NCBI RefSeq assembly: GCF_000012805.1
Contig: NC_007484.1
Coordinates: 3,090,001 to 3,122,000 of the forward strand
DNA from: Nitrosococcus oceani ATCC 19707
GTDB lineage: Bacteria > Pseudomonadota > Gammaproteobacteria > Nitrosococcales > Nitrosococcaceae
Length of the DNA stretch: 32,000 bases
Reading direction: 5' to 3'
The translations under genes were made by a program, and so were the position numbers. The notes below the pieces were generated by a model that was not told where the DNA came from, did no database searches, and was given only the letters and a program-made list of their open reading frames with translations. This document shows positions 18,487 through 24,842 of the stretch, piece by piece; position 1 is the stretch's first letter, and each line of letters starts with the position of its first letter.

Positions 18487-18789
18487 TTACCTTGCGAGGA
18501 CGCTCAAAACTAATTTAGGTTCTTTGGCAACAACCTTCAGCAACACGCGGGCAGGGCCATGCGGCTGGCGATCGCCTTGCTCCCAATGCCGCAACGTACC
18601 CAGGCTAATGCCGAATGATGCCGCAAACTCTCGCTGCGACATGCCCACTTTCTTTCGGACGGCTTTAACGTCTACCGGCGAAAACTCGTGAACAACTGCG
18701 CCAGAGTTCTTACCCTTCGCGTGGGCTATGGCCTCTTTTAGACCGGTTTGAATACTTTCAAATGCTTCGCTCATAACTATATCCTCCAT
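18487..18789 (-). CDS. HTH (XRE-type) antitoxin, HigA-2/COG2944-like
   Basis: 100 aa. VKAVRKKVGMSQREFAASFGISLGTLRHWEQGDRQPHGPARVLLKVVAKEP is the typical HTH of antitoxins paired with RelE/HigB-like toxins. Its start overlaps the stop of the toxin remnant. Confidence 0.75.
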   Translation of the reverse strand: MEDIVMSEAFESIQTGLKEAIAHAKGKNSGAVVHEFSPVDVKAVRKKVGMSQREFAASFGISLGTLRHWEQGDRQPHGPARVLLKVVAKEPKLVLSVLAR

Positions 18790-18947
18790 GCCTTGACAAG
18801 TAGTTGGACCAGTTTGGCTAGCTCGTTGCGTTCAGCCTTGGAGAGATTATCCTTTTCGCCTTTGCCGAAGACAGTGAGCAAGTAAAGCGGGATGCGCTCA
18901 TCGTGATAATAATAGACAACCTGGACACCACCACTTTTGCTAGAGCC
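18777..18947 (-). pseudogene. 5'-truncated RelE/HigB-family toxin remnant
   Basis: The frame reads GSSKSGGVQVVYYYHDERIPLYLLTVFGKGEKDNLSKAERNELAKLVQLLVKAWRI and then a stop. This is the C-terminal two-thirds of a RelE-fold toxin. There is no start codon, and an in-frame TAG lies at 18950..18948. Confidence 0.6.
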
Positions 18948-19052
18948 CTAGCGCCGAAGCTCACCTACCGCTATGAAGCACCAGCGGAATTGCCGTCCGG
19001 TGCAGCGCTTTGTTGTGCATTTTTTCTAAAATACCGGGGATATGTCAACTTT

Positions 19053-19418
19053 TTCTTTTTTCATAGTGACTGCAGGGAATTATTAATTCACCTTACTAAT
19101 TCTAAACCGGGTAATGTTGTTACCAAAACCAAGAGTTCTCAACCGGGAATGAGTTGCCAAAGTAGTTTGCTTTCGTTGGCACTCAAGAGAAAAACCTAAT
19201 GGAGACGTTTACCGTACTGCATAGATTGATTATTATTTTGGCAACGATGCGTATTAGCACATTCTTGCTAGAGCAAAGCTACGATTCAGCCGATTCTGAA
19301 TAGCCGCCTCGGCTTATTCTCCTAGATAAGCCGAGGCTGATCAGGTGAAACGAGGGTTTATCGAGTGAGTCTCAGTAAGATATGGCGGGATGCGCTACCC
19401 TTTCCCGTGCTACGTGCT
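19053..19418. repeat. copy B of the duplicated leader element, with an insertion of about 130 nt and only a 12-codon stub of the gene
   Basis: It has the same leader as 18070..18318. The minus strand gives ATGAAAAAAGAAAAAGTTGACATATCCCCGGTATTTTAG (MKKEKVDISPVF then stop), against MRKEKAELE... in copy A. The insertion carries a perfect 12-bp stem, gcctcggcttat/ataagccgaggc (19306..19337). Confidence 0.85.
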
Positions 19419-19878
19419 TATCCGCGTAACCATCTAACAACTTCTTCAGGTCAGCAATTTTTAAAGATATCAAAGGTTCTTCAAATGCAGTTGGGTAATT
19501 AGCAATTATATAAGTTTTTAATGATGTGGCCGTCAATTTATCTTTTGAGCAATCCCAAGATTTCTTAATGGTTAGCTTACCGTTTTCATCGAGGAGATAC
19601 TCTCTATGTAAATCAGTTGGCACAGTGTCTATGGTATATTGCTTATCTTCTGGACGAAAAGAGACCTGAATAGACATTTCAGGATCGTCCACGTGGACAT
19701 TGTGATCACCAATCTCCATTTTTACCGTTTCGTTATTAAAGAATATTTCCAAAGCCTCAAGGATTGTTGATTTACCAACGTCATTCCTACCAATGATGAC
19801 ATTGAAATTATCATCGAATTTCACAAAGACATTGCTATAAGCCCGAAAGTTCTTAAGTGTTAAACTCGATATTTTCAA
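19372..19878 (-). pseudogene. 3'-truncated OLD/AAA_15-family ATPase (N-terminal ~154 aa only)
   Basis: It has a TTG start with a GGAGAG Shine-Dalgarno sequence. MKISSLTLKNFRAYSNVFVKFDDNFNVIIGRNDVGKSTILEALEIFF is the N-terminus with Walker A of OLD, GajA, AriA and PtuA-type ATPases. From about 19419 the reading frame runs into repeat copy B and stops. Confidence 0.65.
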
Positions 19879-19923
19879 TGTTCACTCTCCATTAGTGACT
19901 ATCTATGGTCAGTTCAGCCGGAA

Positions 19924-19979
19924 CACATAACACGAAGCGCAGTGGCGTAAAGGACATCCGCGTGCCGCGTTTTGTTAAA
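19924..19979. other. attC-like imperfect palindrome overlapping the ParA-like stop codon
   Basis: ACATAAC-acgaa-gcgcagt-(18 nt)-gtgccgc-gtttt-GTTAAAT. On the gene strand it begins ATTTAAC (a perfect RYYYAAC) and contains the TAA stop. The inner boxes pair with one bulged base. Confidence 0.35.
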
Positions 19980-20967
19980 TAACCTGCCTCAGTTTAATCA
20001 TGATAGGGTTAAAATGCTGAGTAGAATCACTTGCTCTAGTTATGTGGGCTCCTGTCAAACCATCCCTTGAAGTACAGTCAAAGACTGGCTTTCGTGCTTC
20101 TAAAGAATAGGGGACTAGGCTATGAAGGTTCGGAATGCGGCCAAGATTCCATTCATTGTCAACCCAATGATGCACCTGACTAATTGGATCGAGTTTATCA
20201 ATAATGTTGTCTCTTACTGCTTGCTCAACCCTACTTCCGAAAATTGACCAACCTCGCGTCATACCATCTTGATTTTGACGTACGTTGTGCTGCTGCATTA
20301 CATACCCAAGAAAAGTCGGCTTGCCAGCAGGAAGATCCAACCCTTGACCTTTCCATGAACTATTGCATTGTCCCCATTCATTTGCCCAGTTAACGAGCTT
20401 GTTTCCTAGATTTTCAGTACCTCTTATTGAGAACAGGTCTGGAGACATCGGTACAATAAAGTAATCACTTGCAGCCAAAATCGCGCGATTGAGTGCGCCA
20501 AGGTTTGGTCCAAGATCCAACAGAATCACATCAGCATCAACCTGTTTCCCGCACCATTTTACATATCTGTATATCGCCGATTGGACTCGTAGCGCAGGTT
20601 CAGCACCACCTTTAGCGGAATTCCATGTATCACCCAATACGTCCTCCTAATTACTCAGCAAAATATCTCCAGGAACCAAAAAGAGGTTCGGGTATTGGCT
20701 GCTTACTCTGGAAGGGCGTCTTTTCCGGATGTCCCCCATACCCTGATAAACCCTTTCGACAGCGTTCCAGATACTATTTCCTCGATCTGGCTTCCAGCTT
20801 TGTTCAAGCTCTGTTTCCGAGATACAGTAAGAGGATAAATTACATTGACTATCTAAGTCTGCAATCAGAACTGTCTTCCCTTCTTTCTCAAGAAGGTGGG
20901 CAATATGGTACATGTAGGTGGTCTTTCCGACTCCACCTTTATTATTAAAAATACTAACTATCTTCAT
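19975..20967 (-). pseudogene. ParA/MinD-like P-loop ATPase (330 codons) interrupted by one in-frame TAG
   Basis: The deviant Walker A is NNKGGVGKTT, followed by DLDSQCN and ILLDLGPNLG. The two ORF-track pieces (20647..20967 and 19975..20637) are in the same frame. They are separated only by the TAG at 20649..20647 (..LLSN, stop, EDVLGDTW..). Confidence 0.8.
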
Positions 20968-20979
20968 TCGGTCTCCAAT

Positions 20980-21034
20980 ATTTAACGCGGAGCGAAGCAG
21001 CGGCCCGTCAGGGACGTCCGTCTTACGCGAATTA
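20980..21034. other. attC-like element between the 151-aa ORF and the ParA-like gene
   Basis: On the gene strand it ends ccgcGTTAAAT (a perfect GTTRRRY) 12 nt before the ParA-like ATG. Its centre, gacggacgtccctgacggg, is shared with the element at 23355..23410. The opposite core is not canonical. Confidence 0.3.
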
Positions 21035-21490
21035 TTATGAGATTTTTACTCCAAACTTTGAAAGATCAATGCTGAAAAATGGAGTTAAAATTTCCTTTTC
21101 AAATAATGCCAGCTCATTGTCAGGGACGGGGGTAAAAGTAGAATTATCGCTCGGTGCCCACCACTTTTTTTGTCCCATGTACTTCTCTTTTGATATTGAG
21201 GCGCTGATAAACCGAAAAGGGCGGTCGAGCCACCCCTCGCACCGAGAAGAAAAGATGTTCGCAGGGCCGGTGAACTGACCGAGCTCATAGATACCAGCAT
21301 TCCCATGGGTAAGATAAAAATAGTCACCGATTTTAGCGTCAATAAATTGCTGGGCCTGCGACTTATTTGAGGTAGCTTTCGCTTTCGTATCTTTGTGGAC
21401 ATAGACCAATCTTTGGTCAATTGACTCAATGATTTGATTAACACCGAACTCTGCGGTGCCCTGCGACAGTTTCCAAAACTTAGGTTTCAA
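21035..21490 (-). CDS. hypothetical 151-aa protein
   Basis: It has a TTG start 7 nt after AAGGAG and is an intact ORF. The N-terminus, KFWKLSQGT...IGDYFYL.HGN.GIYELG, recalls the small N-terminal modules of some restriction- or McrB-associated proteins. That similarity is from memory only. Confidence 0.55.
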   Translation of the reverse strand: MKPKFWKLSQGTAEFGVNQIIESIDQRLVYVHKDTKAKATSNKSQAQQFIDAKIGDYFYLTHGNAGIYELGQFTGPANIFSSRCEGWLDRPFRFISASISKEKYMGQKKWWAPSDNSTFTPVPDNELALFEKEILTPFFSIDLSKFGVKIS

Positions 21491-21514
21491 GGTGTAACTC
21501 CTTTACTCATAATC

Positions 21515-21598
21515 GGGGAGTTGACGGGCGGGTTCTCCTGCATACATAGGCCCACGGCGCCTGATTATGCGGGAGGTTCTGCCAGTCGAACTGGTTGC
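21515..21598. repeat. 84-nt repeat element, copy 1 (directly upstream of the 151-aa ORF)
   Basis: ggggagttgacgggcgggttctcctgcatacataggcccacgg...atgcgggaggttctgccagtcgaactggttgc. It matches 22618..22700 with 7 substitutions plus 1 indel by hand count. Confidence 0.85.
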
Positions 21599-22174
21599 CT
21601 TGATAAGTTGATATTAGCTAGTAAATTAGGCGTTTTTGCCATGATAACTTTATTTTTAGGTAAATTTACTTTGATAATTTGATATCAACTTAAAATTCAG
21701 GCAAGTTTGCCTGCATATTTGTTAATAATTTATCCACAGGCATATCAAAATACGGTAGACTGACTTTCAGTAAGTTCGTCTCCCTGCCAGCAAACTTTAA
21801 CTGTCCTGCGCAGAACCTATCGCGCTGGTTTATTGGTTATCGCATCCCACGGCAACCGATTGAAAACAACAATGCGGAAACTATCTGAATTCTTTATTAA
21901 GGACGGAAGCAATCTTAAGGAAGAAGAACGGGGGTGAGTTGAGGGAAGCTAGGGAAACCGGGAAATTAAATCAAATTACGCGGTATCAACTCGGGCGGGT
22001 AAGGCTCAAGATAATATTTTGACTGACATAGGAATTCGGGTGATCAAGGCCCTTCCCTGCTTCTTGACACCATCTCATTTTTGTTTTTTAAAGCGACTCA
22101 TTTCAACCCCTTTTGAGTGACGTTAATGCCTGAATTTAGAAGCGCACAGGAATGTGTCCGAGTTGAAGTTGTTG

Positions 22175-22374
22175 TTAGCTACTTTTGTACACATCCTGTC
22201 GGTGACCTACTTTGACAACCACTACGATCAGCTCTTCATCTTTAATTTCGTAGATGATCGCCGAAATTTCATAATGAGCGCCTCTATGGATTTGAAGATT
22301 CTCGTAACTTCTTTCTTGGAAATGCGCCAGAAATCCTTGCTAAAGGATTGCTTGACGCTGACCTTAAAGCTTAG
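22175..22374 (-). pseudogene. degraded RelE/ParE-family toxin (internal deletion and frameshift, no start)
   Basis: The minus strand reads LSFKVSVKQSFSKDFWRISKKEVTRIFKSIEALI in one frame. It continues as IIYEIKDEELIVVVVKVGHRQDVYKSS then stop in another. Both pieces are typical RelE/ParE text with the middle missing. Confidence 0.5.
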
Positions 22375-22433
22375 CCTTGTTAAGACTTTCAAGCTATATT
22401 AATACGGAAATCACATACATTATCGGCAGCTTT

Positions 22434-22608
22434 ATGGATACCATTTAGCGTAAACAAATTCAGAGAAAAATTGAAAACACTTGTAGAATAGATGATTAGC
22501 AAGCATAGACCCCTCAAGGTTACGCGGCGGGCTAGCGAGGCTTTTATAGTATTAAGCGCCGATGACTGGGAAAGAGAGCAGGAAACATTGCATGTACTCC
22601 AGAGTTAG
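22434..22608 (+). pseudogene. degraded Phd/YefM-family antitoxin (frameshift, in-frame TAG, 3' truncation)
   Basis: MDT.. shifts to PFSVNKFREKLKTLVE, then a TAG at 22489..22491, then MISKHRPLKVTRRASEAFIVLSADDWEREQETLHVLQS. The frame then stops where repeat copy 2 begins. Confidence 0.5.
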
Positions 22609-22617
22609 AACCTGGTG

Positions 22618-22700
22618 GGGGAGTTGACGGGCGGGTTCTCTTGCATACATAGGCCCACGGCTTTTGATGATGCAGGAGATTCTGCCAGTCGAACGGTTGC
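22618..22700. repeat. 84-nt repeat element, copy 2 (just downstream of hicB)
   Basis: See 21515..21598. The flanks are unrelated, so the repeat unit is a discrete element. Confidence 0.85.
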
Positions 22701-22722
22701 TCGCTGCGGCGCCTAGTTGACC
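22701..22722. other. attC-like half site right after the hicB stop
   Basis: The gene strand reads TGA-tGGTCAACTAGGCGCCGCAGCGAGC. This aligns with GACTAACAAATCACCGCAGCGGAC at the start of the element after the PH-domain gene. It then runs into repeat copy 2. Confidence 0.25.
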
Positions 22723-22723
22723 A

Positions 22724-23080
22724 TCACCGCTTTGTGCCCTCCCGGCGGCCCAAGCTCTCGGCGAGAAAAGACGATACCAAGGCATTCATGCTCACTCCTT
22801 CTTGTTTTGCGCGCGCGGTCAATCGAGCGTGCAAACTGCGCGGAACTCGGGCAATGAACTTTCCGCTAGGTAGATCGCTGGGATTCGGAATCTCGCGCCC
22901 AGATTCCTCTGCGGCTTTGAGCCAAGCCGCCAGCGCATCCTTGCCATTAGCCATGGCTTCTTCAGGCGTTTCACCATCCGACATGCAGCCCGGCAGATCT
23001 GGGTAGCTCACTAGCCATCCACCGCCTTCTTCATCGGCGAGAGGGCGGAACTCAAAAGGATACTCAATATGCTTCTTCAT
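22724..23080 (-). CDS. hicB: HicB-family antitoxin with a C-terminal ribbon-helix-helix
   Basis: 118 aa. It has an N-terminal HicB fold (YPFEFRPLADEEGGGWLVSYPDLPGCMSDGETPEEA) and a C-terminal RHH (ARVPRSLHARLTARAKQEGVSMNALVSSFL). It overlaps hicA by 4 nt. Confidence 0.85.
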   Translation of the reverse strand: MKKHIEYPFEFRPLADEEGGGWLVSYPDLPGCMSDGETPEEAMANGKDALAAWLKAAEESGREIPNPSDLPSGKFIARVPRSLHARLTARAKQEGVSMNALVSSFLAESLGRREGTKR

Positions 23081-23319
23081 TCTTCCGCTCCAATATCATC
23101 CAACAAAGCAAGGAACTGGGTGACGTACACCGGCTTGATGGGGCGCTTGAACGGAATCGTTACGGCCAGTTCGGAATCGGGATGCAGAAAGACAAAGTGG
23201 CTACCGCCAGTTTTCCGAACATCGATACCGAAGCGTTTCGCCACCGTTTCCAGCTCGTCGATGCGCCAACCGCGCGGATTGGTTCGCATCTTCGCGAGTA
23301 ACTTTTCAGCCTTGCTCAT
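23077..23319 (-). CDS. hicA: HicA-family mRNA interferase toxin
   Basis: 80 aa. ..W.IDELETVAKRFGIDVRKTGGSHFVFLHPD fits the HicA (YcfA) pattern with the GSH motif. It lies upstream of and overlaps hicB. Confidence 0.85.
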   Translation of the reverse strand: MSKAEKLLAKMRTNPRGWRIDELETVAKRFGIDVRKTGGSHFVFLHPDSELAVTIPFKRPIKPVYVTQFLALLDDIGAEE

Positions 23320-23328
23320 GAAGTATTC

Positions 23329-23352
23329 TATGATATTTTATATGATATCATA
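23329..23352. promoter_or_regulatory. probable hicAB operator/promoter (perfect 12-bp palindrome plus a half-site)
   Basis: TATGATATCATA lies at 23341..23352, preceded by the half-site TATGATAT at 23329..23336. The sites lie 10-33 nt upstream of the hicA ATG and overlap an A+T-rich -10-like stretch on the minus strand. Confidence 0.45.
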
Positions 23353-23354
23353 GG

Positions 23355-23410
23355 GCAATGCCGCTCAGCGACGGCTCGTCAGGGCCGTCCGCTGCGGTGA
23401 TTTGTTAGTC
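23355..23410. other. attC-like element overlapping the end of the PH-domain reading frame
   Basis: The gene strand begins GACTAAC (containing the TAA stop), then AAATCA-CCGCAGC-...-GCTGAGCGG. The inner boxes are complementary with 2 extra bases. The centre, gcggacggccctgacgagcc, is shared with 20980..21034. The distal core is degenerate. Confidence 0.3.
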
Positions 23411-23755
23411 GTTACCTTCACGATCTTGGTACTCCATGAAGGAGCGACGAAATATCATCGGACGCTAGATACCCGGAATGGGGGCCTACGGATTGCCAGC
23501 ACCGGAAATCATAATGGTGTCATAGCTGAATATGTGACCAAGGATATCTTGACCGACCTGGAGGCTCTTAATCTTTTTAAGATTGAGCTCAATGGTTCTC
23601 CGGCTAATAAAGCCAAGCTTCGCAACCATGCGTTTGTTCGTGCAAGCAAGTTCGGTGGTGACATGGCGTATAAGCGCAGCTAGCCAAAACAGCAGTCCCA
23701 AGCTCCATAGCCAAAAAAGGGAAGCAATCGCTTTTCCACGGAGAACAATTTTCAA
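23405..23755 (-). pseudogene. bacterial PH-domain (bPH_2/DUF304-like) membrane protein with two in-frame TAG codons
   Basis: TTELACTNKRMVAKLGFISRRTIELNLKKIKSLQVGQDILGHIFSYDTIMISGAGNP is bPH_2-like. After the TAG at 23488..23486 the same frame continues APIPGI, then a TAG at 23467..23465, then RPMIFRRSFMEYQDREGND and a stop. That matches the expected C-terminus of the family. Confidence 0.6.
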
Positions 23756-23805
23756 TCATAGAGAGGCAACCCACGGCTTAATGCGTGGGTTGCCTGCTGC
23801 TTTAG

Positions 23806-24690
23806 TTACTCGCTCACCATTAGCGATCCATTCGCAAGATCATTACAAATGACATCTGGCACTAATTTAACGAGCGGAATGATCCCCTGCAAGCCCTCGT
23901 CAGGAATATTAAAGCTTACCGTTCCGTTAGTGCAGCTTTGAAATTCGATATTCAGGGTGCCTACTTCGGTGGTAGCTACCGGAGTCGGATCGTTGAAAAC
24001 GCCTCCCGTAGTTTCGAACAAAGTGAGTTCCCCCCGGTTATTTTCAAAAGGACCTTGAGCCGTAAACCAGCGTTGTCCGGTACCGTCGGAATTGAACGTA
24101 AACCAGGCTACAAATAGTTCTCCTCTCGATGGAATCACATCAATTAAAAAGCCTTGGCCGCTGGTGCTAGGATTATACCAAGTGCCACTATGACCAAAAT
24201 TAATGCTACCTGGCCCTCCTTGAGTGGTAAAACTGAAATCATCGACCATTAGCCCGAAACCGGTGAACTCTATCCGGGCAATAGGTTGGGGAGGATTTAG
24301 GGTGACAAAATTCTCCGGGTCCGCGAAGAAGGTAGGGGCGTTGCTGTTGGCACTGGCAATAACATCGCCCGTGGCATTAAATGCGGTCGCCGTGGCTGGC
24401 GCAGATCCAGCCTCATGAACAAAAAAGAATGTGGCACTGTCAGCAGGTTGATCAAATGTTACCGTTGCCGTGTCATCATCAGATTCTAGCGCATAGGCGA
24501 AGGCCCCTGACGAATAAAGCGCCGGGACACCTTCTGTTAGTACAATACCGCCACTGAAATTTGCCCCTCCCTCGGAAAATTCCGTTTACCCAGCTCGATC
24601 ATCGAAAGTAATAGGCCCCTCTTGAGCCAGGCTGCTCCCTGAAGCCATGATAAGCCCTATTGCCGCAATCCATATTTTCCCCTGTGTCAT
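23806..24690 (-). pseudogene. secreted hypothetical protein interrupted by an in-frame TAA
   Basis: The minus strand starts MTQGKIWIAAIGLIMASGSSLAQE (signal peptide). It reads ..FDDRAG, then a TAA at 24588..24586, then TEFSEGGANF... It continues in frame into the 147-aa ORF (23806..24249). Confidence 0.6.
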
Positions 24691-24842
24691 AATCATCCCC
24701 TCCGTATTGACTCCACAATAAAATGCTACAACATTTACGTTAAAGATATTTCATAAAAACAGGTGCCCGATAAATTTCAGGCTTTTCCTGCATACAACTT
24801 CTTCTTTTTTTTCCTCTAAAAGTATAGAAGGTTTTTATGGGG

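Noticed and set aside
18880-19400. 12-nt identity (agcgcatcccgc) between the higB remnant (around 18885..18900) and the distal end of the leader repeat, as a recombination microhomology
   Set aside because: A single 12-mer match inside a 32-kb window is not clearly beyond chance, and the flanks do not align.
21515-22700. The 84-nt repeats as long attC sites
   Set aside because: Their two ends carry the same direct heptamer (GTCAACT on the gene strand) rather than inverse-complementary RYYYAAC/GTTRRRY cores.
20647-23488. In-frame TAG codons as programmed recoding (suppression or pyrrolysine-type)
   Set aside because: No pyl genes or suppressor tRNA are visible. The neighbouring genes show frameshifts, a TAA and truncations. 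Ordinary pseudogenisation or sequence error is the simpler explanation.
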